Virus record (IMG/VR): IMGVR_UViG_3300003154_000682
Location: 10,354-74,353 of that record
Source: a virus
DNA: 64,000 nt
Reading direction: 5' to 3' (one strand)
In this document: positions 51,401 through 60,037 of the stretch, one piece after another
Numbering within the stretch: position 1 is the first letter of the stretch
Layout: each line of letters begins with the position of its first letter
Translations under genes and position numbers: made by a program
Notes under the pieces: model-generated
The model's database searches: none
Told to the model about the DNA's origin: nothing
The model's input: only the letters and a program-made list of their open reading frames with translations

Positions 51401-54400
51401 AAAGACATGATATAGAAATAATAAGAAGTTTTCCCGTGGATACTGCTTATGATTTTTCATTGACTAAAAATGTACTATATTCTAATAAAGATGTAGCAGA
51501 CCCTATGGAAGCTTTTTTATTGACACAAGAAGAACGTGAATTGAATACAGATTTTGAAGGGCAGAATTATGACTATCCTAAGAATTGGACTAAGCTAGAC
51601 ACGACCAAAGCTTCCTCATATATTATAGACGGAAAATTTTATCAAGCATGCTCTCCAGGCGTTGGTCAAGAATACGCTAAGGCTAGATCTAATTTTTATT
51701 TTAATGGTGACTTTGATTTTTATATAGATTATGATTTAGGTAGTACATATCCTTTGAACAACATATGGGAAGCACGTATTCAAGTAGAAGATATAGATAA
51801 TGAAAATAATAAAGTTAGGTTTGAACGTTGCTATAAAGACGGTGGCAACCAGTATATATTTTGGGTAAAAGATAATAATGCCTCATGGACAAAAATTATG
51901 GCTACATGGACCAATGCAAATACTGGTAGTATGAGGATGGAAAGAGCTGGAGCAATATTTAAGATCTATACAAAGACTGCTGAATCTGGTTTTGATTCTT
52001 TTGTTTTGATAGCTGCTTATCAAATGAAGACTGTATTTAGCCCTATGTCACAATTAAACTTACAAACACTTAGTGATACAACTTCTTATCCACGTATAAA
52101 AGTTTGGTGGGATAATTTTGTTGTAGTCAAAGCCGAGCCTATACATAGTACTTATCAAGATGCTAGATGGCTTAAGATTAAAATGCTAAATGGCGATGGA
52201 GTTACAAAAACCATAATAAGTGCTGGGGTATATTCTGACGTTTCCACACAAAGAAATGAAGTCGGACAGTATAATAACTATTGGACCTCTTTGGGAACGG
52301 CTTGTACAAGTTATGCTAATGCTGAAAATATAGCTCTCGGAGCTACAGCTAGTGGTTCCAGCTATGTTGGAAGCATGATACCTGAAAATGCTGTTAATGG
52401 TATTATTCCAGAAGGAGACTTTAGTCAATGTTGGGGATCTGGGGAAGAAAACAATCCATATCTTTTGATATATTTTAATGAAGTGGAACCTATTTTTAGA
52501 TTTAAAATCTATCATGGATACGATAGCTCAGATACTAATAACATAATAACAGATTATAAAATACAAGTTTCTACCGATGGAATAGCCTTTTCTACTGTAT
52601 TTACTATAACTGGTAACACAGGTTTTACAAGAACACACGATCTACCTGCTCCAGTATACGCTAAGGTGGTGCGATTATATGTAGATGCCTACAAAGCTAT
52701 AGATCGTTTTATTTGGACAGGTAATGAAAAGGGTTATAATTTCTGGCATGGGGCTGTAATAAGAGAGATAGAAATTTATAAATATTATGGTTTTACAGTT
52801 ATAAATAGTGAAGACACACCTATAATAGCTATAGATTTACAACAACCATTCTTTATAGAAGGGCATTCTATGGTTGGGATAGATACAGAGAATCTTGAAA
52901 TAGATTGGGATAATAGTGATAGTAATTTTGCATGGTCAAATAGTAATCTTTCTGATCCTCATAAAGTAACATTTAGTGAATGGGGAGAAGCCCCAAGACT
53001 ATCTAAATGGGTAGTGATAAAGAGAAATACTGCTACTCATTTTCCTTTGGTTCCTGATTACCAACATCCTTATAGAGGCACACCAGACTTTCTCAAACAT
53101 GTAATTATACAAGCGTCTCCAGACGAATTGGGTACAAAACCTAATCCAGTGGAATACCCCTGGATGTGGAGATCAGTTGTTAGTGAACTTAGCTATGATT
53201 ATAATAAAATTACTTATGGTTTAGTGGACCGTTCATTAAAGATAAGTTATCCAGCGTCAACAGCTACAGAACATATAAGATTTATTGAAGGCGATCATTT
53301 TGGTTGGGATGATGTAGCTTCTTGGAGAGATGGTATGGGAATATCTCTTTATATAGATGATGTGGATAATATAGATCTTGGATATGGTTATTTTTATTTG
53401 GGCGGAAAAGATTATACTTCTCAACATTATCCTGTAATTCATCGTTGGAATATGACAACTTTTAGTGGTGTATTAAAAAGTGGCTGGAATAATATAAGTT
53501 TAACATTTTTATATGCGGATGAAGTTATATACACAGAGTTAGCTAATATTACAGGACGAGATCCAAGAAGATTATATTCTATAAATTGGGGAACAGTTGG
53601 CTTTGTTTTTAGAGGAAAAGGTAATCCATTACAATTAAATTTTGAAGGACTATATATAAAAAGAAATCATTTTCTACATGGATGTTATCCAGGGCAGCAA
53701 GGATTATATCTTCATGCTAATGATATGATGAAGTTGCCATTAGGAGAGATAGATTTTCATTCTGGAGCCTTAGAATTTTGGATTAGACCTGATTGGAATT
53801 GGGATGGAACAGATAGATATTATGATTTTAAATATAGAACATTATTTCATTTTGGTAATGTAGCAAATGATGTTTTTGGAGCAGCAATATCTGCTAAAGG
53901 ATTAGAAATATACTTTGGTAATGTATTGAAAGATTTTAATATATTTATAGTTAGTGGTTTTAATTTCTCTGCTATAGAGAGAATATTTCATATGGCTTTT
54001 GTATTTTCAAATGATGGTGCTGGAATATCTTCTGATGGAAGCACTATTAGGTTTTATATAAACAATCATGTAATTGCAAAGTCATATACTACTTGGAATG
54101 TTAGCGATGACAAACACTTTAGTTTTGTACTAGGAGGTCAGGGATTATTGGTACAAAAGATACAAGGATTTGATTACTTATCCTCTGCAGTGGATGGTGT
54201 TATTTGTAGACTCAAAATACACAACTATGCTAAGACAGACTATTCAGATTATATGTCAGATGATCCTAGAAATACAGCTCGTTCGTTATTGAAACCTAGT
54301 AGTCTTATTGAGATTTCCAAAGATAATGTAACCTACAATAAAGTAGGAAGCACAGGACTACCATTCTTCTTCGACGATGTGCCAGCAGGAGAAAGTGTCC

Positions 54401-54492
54401 CCATTTGGGTAAAAGTTTTGTTGCCTAAAGAACTTACTGGAGAAGAAAAAAGAACGGCACAAATTTTAGCTAGCTGGGATATAGGAGTTTAA
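45478..54492 (+). CDS. Giant multidomain tail fibre / receptor-binding protein (3004 aa) with CBM-like, LamG/ConA-like and F5/8 type C domains
   Basis: N-terminal CBM-like segment (EWHTYFINMTDSQWWQGDINDLRIYP). LamG-like segments near 50720-51170 (FTFDFFIKF...WYHFLLTRG...LDGWMEEVRIS) and 53740-54240 (GALEFWIRPDW...FHMAFVF...IRFYIN). F5/8C near 52320-52700 (NIALGATASGSS...ENAVNG...YKIQVSTDG...AKVVRLYV). Confidence 0.82.
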   Translation: MSHNFMNYDGSITASSKCLYDSNIGFEADFSKDGEVDGWEYFNGIHTYGCWNNFLFGTLYGDSAVIGKLNSFRPVAAEDFYTIRIVMKLNMVPRVGTQVIPAYGRVMWRTLANPSWASDKQYDFKIHNDTEWHTYFINMTDSQWWQGDINDLRIYPIVQDGRDGDEFYIRAIEILSIDEYKCLNVSCDYYTRYEHNCPGIGERGYCKSKALSVYVFEGTAHEYAEDKFYSVEKGVNDVLLININDYGNENIVLEPFQSYPGRRVAKFIAKELSKLDIGGYAECEVTYTDKGEFIIYSGTYAIDSIVTIGDTQLARDLNFYNSSGEDISTRYVGSYPASGFLPFSSFKIKTHLIYALLDANDKTEFYFDPFMYNIEGGRRDWLSSGLGTPSKDVREGEGDEAGLINRYYDQINNAGKTIIDFTHPINASGRITKVFAGITLDQFDGGGWEQRGTLDAKRKNSQLTNAKIMFFRPQKSGNIKVLSIELAIPNRQIEAGKLYSAIQEYVEIDCDIFLNKGDLIGVYNANIYRSKSASGNEVDALYYQVPGKASGILEVRQPSGQGSSGLLLYARSGQIQNRLSLDVDLGHRINIVDMNIVGKSEEEGLVYNIARCLDVNWEVDLFGEDHTTGYIVRYRPLLKAFYNHPNLYYGKDCLNDGIKTVPDGLAADTFTVNYATSYSSYEACVHKKNGGKGVVLNGAKYFSVNGDSEWLAVYALAGMNSPFAVQDFEDDPIAFTLIFPFGKDKPINSTTIYFKERYNFRSFALSVYRGAYYTEGNADDPRFELIPEKTDGTETPWNSITLDGLTYTPEDELRWSNLNLFLAKNPCIGQAITEILSEEISFDGPMGGGNLAYYFDALGGIQYYAQGKIINNRQYIQATNIDWTTITYEWPAIKAKGFRLYCTNHQSTKICEFEVFCVVENIKSSLGGSVDIMYSDYGDYWWPAETTETDTGLNSFIGDTPQYINIIITPITEVTLSDVTVNVSYDDVFMGSKGCQHTFLPIEAKMGAENTPQVIQFKNIYNRPYDLYVDIANDELIDEGIAFFSLMDNEESITNPLIGADAYYRKHEDYPLLNYQKNVAINCPVYKLNNLLEGAQVWYSHDREYSWRYWGQITDGKNINFSNLPAAAITTINLPVLKRSQWWKIGFYDPRIVTNIREIQIYYNGSEISNIQFYHQKNQDTFATGNTDTAPHLQNNIVDGSYYVLKGNNEIGFKLPAVQEIDRIVLYHDYLLEYENSSDKAGIDSSTAFCLHGTGDTYQTDSIVDVSYYEHNISVVGSGIYCDEGYSSVYYDFIQDFSDCVPVIETFSGIAPDPSTWTSLVGASISNGKLCITNSGIIGQAQTVSYFYNNFDVRVDLDIVNAYSGQGWGCYLAAITNDSKIVRIGRTYTSSAVHVFIGQSFGTNGWINLTTKTTSATTGLKLKLVRLGETTTCYAWDSNVWNTVGTSTAIGTSPVRFMLISDLTPLALGKITIGQFDNFESDKADSDWGVNSDNLSYFTCTSGIGPNGWAYLYDTAVCNSCDASGYKIPRIYTTQDYPLDEGFAFVFDFTFQTNTFKTYSGADDTGNTIGVAVGLLGRHVNNQSYYYTWQKYFTGAQIILKRDNIGIGIRNDYTDGADAYTTLNTRASIYYCRFTSDGLGNYHCYVWTDSFGGSTKVADFGLNSNVTWQAYKIGVGSGCNNDAQYNTSVGRATGWVSDFDFQCDKISANHILHNSSVKFSGFSGEKLLVAYNNSPKCNIVKEGFYFDTKRFTFDFFIKFNTLPVNDGDKIFLFKCWDNNHPLIDSTVITAPCSWAFTIERVSGGYRWRFYINSSNVCRMIMDWAFYPDLHRWYHFLLTRGPENSASYIVLLRNGHQVFLSGSSSYTDDAVLYSGLDIVMGQNLDGWMEEVRISSDYTKGGARCNYTSYYYTLCKAVPIKQYERYYTMVIYDSSDNINYGVQMYADVMFDNSYSYHEPFSVWSAQYYTYLAIDFGQRHDIEIIRSFPVDTAYDFSLTKNVLYSNKDVADPMEAFLLTQEERELNTDFEGQNYDYPKNWTKLDTTKASSYIIDGKFYQACSPGVGQEYAKARSNFYFNGDFDFYIDYDLGSTYPLNNIWEARIQVEDIDNENNKVRFERCYKDGGNQYIFWVKDNNASWTKIMATWTNANTGSMRMERAGAIFKIYTKTAESGFDSFVLIAAYQMKTVFSPMSQLNLQTLSDTTSYPRIKVWWDNFVVVKAEPIHSTYQDARWLKIKMLNGDGVTKTIISAGVYSDVSTQRNEVGQYNNYWTSLGTACTSYANAENIALGATASGSSYVGSMIPENAVNGIIPEGDFSQCWGSGEENNPYLLIYFNEVEPIFRFKIYHGYDSSDTNNIITDYKIQVSTDGIAFSTVFTITGNTGFTRTHDLPAPVYAKVVRLYVDAYKAIDRFIWTGNEKGYNFWHGAVIREIEIYKYYGFTVINSEDTPIIAIDLQQPFFIEGHSMVGIDTENLEIDWDNSDSNFAWSNSNLSDPHKVTFSEWGEAPRLSKWVVIKRNTATHFPLVPDYQHPYRGTPDFLKHVIIQASPDELGTKPNPVEYPWMWRSVVSELSYDYNKITYGLVDRSLKISYPASTATEHIRFIEGDHFGWDDVASWRDGMGISLYIDDVDNIDLGYGYFYLGGKDYTSQHYPVIHRWNMTTFSGVLKSGWNNISLTFLYADEVIYTELANITGRDPRRLYSINWGTVGFVFRGKGNPLQLNFEGLYIKRNHFLHGCYPGQQGLYLHANDMMKLPLGEIDFHSGALEFWIRPDWNWDGTDRYYDFKYRTLFHFGNVANDVFGAAISAKGLEIYFGNVLKDFNIFIVSGFNFSAIERIFHMAFVFSNDGAGISSDGSTIRFYINNHVIAKSYTTWNVSDDKHFSFVLGGQGLLVQKIQGFDYLSSAVDGVICRLKIHNYAKTDYSDYMSDDPRNTARSLLKPSSLIEISKDNVTYNKVGSTGLPFFFDDVPAGESVPIWVKVLLPKELTGEEKRTAQILASWDIGV

Positions 54493-54493
54493 T

Positions 54494-57472
54494 ATGCAGT
54501 ATAATGTTTTGTCAGGAGCTCTGTGGGAGGTAAGCACAATATCTGGTAGTAAAGCTATAGCTTTTAATGACCTCTATTCATTATCGGATTATAGCACTAC
54601 TGCAAGATTAAGTTTGAATTCTTCAGAAAAACTTGCCGTGGATTTTGATTTTGGACATAGAATACATCTTGATCGTTTTGAATATAAATTCATAGCTAGC
54701 AATGCCACACCATCAGCTGTAGCCTCTGGTATAAAGTTTTATTATAAAAATGAAAGTTTTGATTCTTACGAATTATTAAGTACATTCTCTTATGGTGATG
54801 GTGTTTTCTACACATCTATAACAGGCTCTATTTTTGCTCCTAGATATATAAGAATTAACCACACTTTATCGGGCACTTTTGGTGTTCCCACAGCCTCCGG
54901 AATGGTTTATGGATTTAGAGCATTGAATAACGATACTGTGGTAGATTTTGGTGTAGATGGACATCAAACTATGGAATCCGTCGAAACTGCACGAGGAAGT
55001 GCTCCAGTTATAAAAACGATTCCTATTTATAATAGCGGACCAATAAAAACTGATGCTTTTGTAAATTTAGAACCTACTTTTTCTCCTGTGGATGAAGTTA
55101 TGTATATATCAGATAGTAGTAATGGTCCATGGATAAAATCTTTAGACTCATCGAGCCTCATTGCTGATACTACTAATTTTAATTCTGGTTATACTACTGG
55201 TTTACATAACGTTACTGGATTACTTCGTCTTATGGGAGTTGATGATTCAGCTAATAAATATGCTAGTAGACTCTATAGTGACTACTATTTAACCAAGATC
55301 TTCGATAAAAATAATACGTATTGTAGATTTGTTATAGACAATGTAGGAACCGCTGGTAATATAAAAACTGATAAAAGTGACGCTACAGAAACCATAGAGG
55401 TTAGAAGTAGTAATACCAAGCCCACACCTTATATGGTGTTTAGAGAATTAATAAATGTTCCAGTTGCTAGTAGCAATTCTCTATTATGCTATAGAGATCG
55501 TTGGTTAAATACTCAGGCTATAAAAGAAACGAGTTCTTGGTCGTTTTTATCTTGTTCCCAATATAGTGCTTGGAAAGATTATAGAGTTGTTTATGACCAG
55601 ATAACAGAAAGATGGGCTGGTTATGCTGCACATACCTATAATCATTATTATAGTACTGCTGAATTATATTTATTTAATAACTTAGGAACCACTTCTTTGA
55701 CGTATAGATTGTCTTATCAATCTACCGCTGCTATTCCTGTTAATTTTGTTTGGAGAGAGTTAAAACTAGATATTACTGGTGGTATGTGGATTTATTTTTA
55801 TTGCCAGTCTTCTCATTCTGGAGATTTTGTTCATTCAACAGGATATTTTCTTGCTTATTTTGATGTAAATTTGAACAATACTTTTAAGTGGTTTACAATA
55901 ACTGAAGAAATAGATAAGATAGATGTTGATTATAACAATAGAAGTGTTTGGTATACAAGACCCTCCACAGATGCTATTTATAGAGTAGATACCGCTGGGG
56001 ATATTAAAGTCAATTTTGTAAACGAAGATACTAACTATGATCTTGGTGGAATAGCTGTTATGCCAGATGGCAATTTGATATTTGCTAATGGAAAAGATTT
56101 ACATAGATTAAAGTATAATGGTATATATCTTCCAGAATATTTTATAGAGGGGGTTGCTGAAGCTCGTATAGATTATATAGTTTTGGATGATGATGGTAGT
56201 GAAACTATATGGACGATAGAAGATATGACAGTTGGACGCCTTTATATAGCTGGAGAAAAGAAGGGTACCTATGATTTTAGAATAACTGTCGATTATCCAA
56301 TTAGAATGACCCCTACCCTTGGCGGGGTATGGGTTACCTGTTCTACTATGGATGGCTTGGGCGGTGTTGTTATGCGGTTTATATCAAAAGAAAATCGTAG
56401 AATAGATGTGGAATACAGACCTAGTTATGTGTCTTCTCCTGGATTATTATATCAACCATATTATCATTCCAATTACGCACGAAAAATGCCAGTTGCCATC
56501 GATACTGTCTGGTCAACCCTATCTTGGAAAAAGATAGCTATAAATGGTTTTCTTGCTCCAGAGGATCAATATTATCAGTTAAGGATAGTGTTGAGACGTC
56601 AGGAACCTATAGAAAGATATCCAGAATTTGTAACAGATCCTAATCAAGTATTTTTTTCTGATGATTCTTTTGACCAGGTAAGTAGTATACCTAATAGGCT
56701 TCTTTGGGGAAATTGGTTGTCTTACCCCGCCACAAATAGAGTTTATGTGAATACAACAGATAAAAAATTGATATTAACATCAGATAATGGTGGTACCCAA
56801 GATTCTTTTATAGACACGAAGGATAGACTTATAGTTGGTAGGGATAGTAGTGGTTTACTGGATATTAGAGTACGTTATACTTTTGGTGCTGGTGATGGTG
56901 TAGACAGTACTAAAGCTGAGTATCTATATATCTACGCTTATAGTGTAGAACCAGGTTATTCTGGACATAATATAGGAGTGTGTATTTATATACCTCCAGC
57001 ACCAGCTTCCCATCTTTGTTATGTTTATGCTGGTGTTGATGATTCTTGGACAAATTGGCCGAGTAATGGTGGATGGTGTTCACTAAATATGTATGATGGT
57101 GAATTAAGACTATATTGGGATGGTAGCAATGTATATGGACAGTGGAGAGATCCAAATGGTACCTTTGCGGGTGGACAAAAAGCAGCTTTGCCGGGAGCAG
57201 TTGGTAATTATTTTTATGTAAAGATAATTTCTAATAGAAATAGTTCTCAAGTAAAATTAGATGATTTTGATATATACAATGGATATACATATTATTATAC
57301 AGAAAGTCCACAAATAAAATCTATATATAAACAAGAATTACTAGAGATAAAAGATGTATATCCTAATAATTATAAAAATGTCTATGTTAAGACTTATGTT
57401 CCTAAAGATTTAGAGATAGGCTCCAATTACGATATGGATATGAAAGTCAGGTGGAGGATTCCAACTTACTGA
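54494..57472 (+). CDS. Tail appendage protein with probable beta-propeller and lectin-like domains (992 aa)
   Basis: RBS AGGAG. Blade-like repeats (IDVDYNNRSVWYT..IYRVD..G; GIAVMPDGNLIFA). C-terminus similar to that of ORF 45478. Confidence 0.7.
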   Translation: MQYNVLSGALWEVSTISGSKAIAFNDLYSLSDYSTTARLSLNSSEKLAVDFDFGHRIHLDRFEYKFIASNATPSAVASGIKFYYKNESFDSYELLSTFSYGDGVFYTSITGSIFAPRYIRINHTLSGTFGVPTASGMVYGFRALNNDTVVDFGVDGHQTMESVETARGSAPVIKTIPIYNSGPIKTDAFVNLEPTFSPVDEVMYISDSSNGPWIKSLDSSSLIADTTNFNSGYTTGLHNVTGLLRLMGVDDSANKYASRLYSDYYLTKIFDKNNTYCRFVIDNVGTAGNIKTDKSDATETIEVRSSNTKPTPYMVFRELINVPVASSNSLLCYRDRWLNTQAIKETSSWSFLSCSQYSAWKDYRVVYDQITERWAGYAAHTYNHYYSTAELYLFNNLGTTSLTYRLSYQSTAAIPVNFVWRELKLDITGGMWIYFYCQSSHSGDFVHSTGYFLAYFDVNLNNTFKWFTITEEIDKIDVDYNNRSVWYTRPSTDAIYRVDTAGDIKVNFVNEDTNYDLGGIAVMPDGNLIFANGKDLHRLKYNGIYLPEYFIEGVAEARIDYIVLDDDGSETIWTIEDMTVGRLYIAGEKKGTYDFRITVDYPIRMTPTLGGVWVTCSTMDGLGGVVMRFISKENRRIDVEYRPSYVSSPGLLYQPYYHSNYARKMPVAIDTVWSTLSWKKIAINGFLAPEDQYYQLRIVLRRQEPIERYPEFVTDPNQVFFSDDSFDQVSSIPNRLLWGNWLSYPATNRVYVNTTDKKLILTSDNGGTQDSFIDTKDRLIVGRDSSGLLDIRVRYTFGAGDGVDSTKAEYLYIYAYSVEPGYSGHNIGVCIYIPPAPASHLCYVYAGVDDSWTNWPSNGGWCSLNMYDGELRLYWDGSNVYGQWRDPNGTFAGGQKAALPGAVGNYFYVKIISNRNSSQVKLDDFDIYNGYTYYYTESPQIKSIYKQELLEIKDVYPNNYKNVYVKTYVPKDLEIGSNYDMDMKVRWRIPTY

Positions 57473-60027
57473 TGACAGATTATGCTAATCCTATAAATAT
57501 ACATGATTATAAGTATAGAAAGCCTGTATACTATACTAATCCTTTTTCTACTTATGTAACTAATATAGTGGTTAAACTAATTTTAACATCAGAAAATTTT
57601 AATTTTAATTTAACCAAAGATGATGGTTCCGATTTTAGACTATTGTCTGGTCTTGGTGTATTAAATATGTGGATAGCTGATTGGTCCAAAACTAGAAAAT
57701 ATGCTGTATTGTTTTTTAAAATACCAGCTATAGGAGGAGATGAATCAGTTACCTTTTCTGCTTACTGGGGTAATACTTTAGCAAGTAGTATTTCAGACCC
57801 AGAATCCCTAGGCTTTTTATTCTATGAATCTTTTAATAGTTCTACCCTATCTGCATCAAAATGGTCTGGAAATATAAGTGCTGGTAGCACATCTTATGGT
57901 TATCTAATTCCGATGAATGATAGTTTTACAAGTATAACTAATCCTCTTACAGGAAAAAGCAATTGGATTATGGAAGCTGGTATCTATGTTAAGTTTAATG
58001 GTGGAGTAATTACGTCATCTTACCGTTGTATAGGATTCGAATTCGTTGGTACAGAAAACAATTTCCATATAGAATTGATGGCAACAGATTACTTAAGACA
58101 TAATGCTACAGCTCCTGCCCAAGCTTCTACCAATACTATATATCAGACATATGGTGGATTAGAGGATGATAGTTATCAAGAAGTCTATATTGATTATTAT
58201 GAACCTGATGATAGAATTACTGTTAAACTTCAAGATAGAGATGTATATAATGATGTAAGCTATCAGATTTGGAGAAAGGTTGAGGGTGATACTAGATTAC
58301 AGAATGTACGTTTACGAGGAACCCAGGTAGGACAATATGCTGGAGGATACCCAGTCTATGTTAGTTGGCTTGTATTAAGAGAACGTGATGGCATATCACT
58401 TAGTAGCTTAGATGGTAGAGATTTATATATTCCTTATGAAAACGTACCAGCTCAACCACAAGATTATAGACCCTATTCACCAGATTTTACTAGTGTGCAA
58501 TATCAACATGAGACTTCTTTTGGGGGAAATCCTTATTTACTGTCTAATGAAGGATTTGATGCTGATTCTAACGTTTGGATAAGTGACGAAGGAGCATCTT
58601 TATCTGGAGTTGCTTTAACCATACATATTGGGTGGTCAGAAGATATTACAAGCACAAGTTATACTCATTACGATTCTGGGCACGATTATTATTACAATGC
58701 TTCCAAATTATCTGATAGTGATACAGATAGAATGGGAAGAAATTATTGGAGTTGTACCACAACAAGTGGTTGGGCGGCAATAAAATTTCCGGATTATAAA
58801 TCTATAGGAGCCTTTAGAATAAAGAATGCTAATATGTCATTTATACCTGCATCCTATGCTATAGTTAAATTTAATACTACAGCAATGCCTCATGCCTCAA
58901 GTACTATTTTGAATGGGAGTGCAAATAATCTATCAGATGGTTCTAATACTTCCTATTGGCAAACTTATTATTATGTAGGAATTCCTGAATGGGTATCTAT
59001 TAATTTAGGAGTTTCAAAAACAATATATAAAGTAATTTTGGCTGGAGGAAGTGATGGCACTAATAGATGTGCTAAGAATTTTAGAATACAAGGTTCTTCA
59101 GATAATATAAATTGGAATACAGTATACACTGGTATAACAGCTATGATTTCTGGTCCACAAGAGTTTGTGTTTCCCTCAATATCAGATCCTTACAGATACT
59201 GGAGACTCTATATGTTGGATAACTGGGGCTCCAGTTTATTAGAGATGAATAGATTTGAATTATACCATGGGACCGATAGTTATTACGCCACTATCGAAAG
59301 ATGTTCAAAAGATTTTGTTCTATATGGTTCAAATCTTAATCCAACATTACATTTCGATAAAGCAATAAAACTTATTGAAGGGACATTTGAAGTTACTCCT
59401 ATATGGCAGTCCAGAGTATTTACAAATACTGCCTCATACAAATATTATATTTTACAAATTTTAAATACTTATGGTAATGAGAATATAAAAATACAAGAAT
59501 GGGAGATGATGGAGAATCTTGGGCAAGTAGAAAAAAAATATCCATCACAGTTAAGACTTCATCCAGCCCTTTATAGTAATTGGCAGTATAATTTTCCAAA
59601 GGAAATATCATTGCAGGGGTCTGTAGATGGTGTGAATTGGACGACACTATTACCTTGGACTAGTACATATACACCATTTGTTCAACATTACGCCGAAGAT
59701 GGTTACTGGCAAATATTTTCTTTTAATAATGTAGTTGGTTTTTGGTCATTCAAACTTTTATGTAGAGGCAATTGGGAAGCAGAAGACAATAAAATAATAA
59801 TAGGTGAATGGTCTCTACATGAACTAGAAGAGGAATCCTATACATATAGAATATTAGATGGAACTACAAATAATATTCAACAAATTTGGGCAACCACTAA
59901 ATGTGGTATAGATGATAAGTATGGAGTTATATTTATTCCTAATGAAAAGATGAATAGAGTTTCTGATAATAGATTGGTAGGTTCTTCTAATCTCCCTACC
60001 TATTATGAAGATTTTAATGTAATATAG
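57472..60027 (+). CDS. DUF2341-like plus F5/8 type C domain tail protein (851 aa; start moved from GTG 57451 to ATG 57472)
   Basis: FNFNLTKDDGSDFRL...MWIADW...LFFKIPAI......YWGN is DUF2341-like. NLSDGSNTSYW...WVSINLG...NFRIQGSSDNINW...YRYWRLY is a discoidin pattern. TGATG overlap with the upstream stop. Confidence 0.8.
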   Translation: MTDYANPINIHDYKYRKPVYYTNPFSTYVTNIVVKLILTSENFNFNLTKDDGSDFRLLSGLGVLNMWIADWSKTRKYAVLFFKIPAIGGDESVTFSAYWGNTLASSISDPESLGFLFYESFNSSTLSASKWSGNISAGSTSYGYLIPMNDSFTSITNPLTGKSNWIMEAGIYVKFNGGVITSSYRCIGFEFVGTENNFHIELMATDYLRHNATAPAQASTNTIYQTYGGLEDDSYQEVYIDYYEPDDRITVKLQDRDVYNDVSYQIWRKVEGDTRLQNVRLRGTQVGQYAGGYPVYVSWLVLRERDGISLSSLDGRDLYIPYENVPAQPQDYRPYSPDFTSVQYQHETSFGGNPYLLSNEGFDADSNVWISDEGASLSGVALTIHIGWSEDITSTSYTHYDSGHDYYYNASKLSDSDTDRMGRNYWSCTTTSGWAAIKFPDYKSIGAFRIKNANMSFIPASYAIVKFNTTAMPHASSTILNGSANNLSDGSNTSYWQTYYYVGIPEWVSINLGVSKTIYKVILAGGSDGTNRCAKNFRIQGSSDNINWNTVYTGITAMISGPQEFVFPSISDPYRYWRLYMLDNWGSSLLEMNRFELYHGTDSYYATIERCSKDFVLYGSNLNPTLHFDKAIKLIEGTFEVTPIWQSRVFTNTASYKYYILQILNTYGNENIKIQEWEMMENLGQVEKKYPSQLRLHPALYSNWQYNFPKEISLQGSVDGVNWTTLLPWTSTYTPFVQHYAEDGYWQIFSFNNVVGFWSFKLLCRGNWEAEDNKIIIGEWSLHELEEESYTYRILDGTTNNIQQIWATTKCGIDDKYGVIFIPNEKMNRVSDNRLVGSSNLPTYYEDFNVI

Positions 60028-60037
60028 GAGATATAAT

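Noticed and set aside
27152-60027. Genome-wide amber (TAG) recoding
   Set aside because: Genes of up to 6.5k codons are open under the standard code, and four of the five TAG junctions are out of frame with the next gene.
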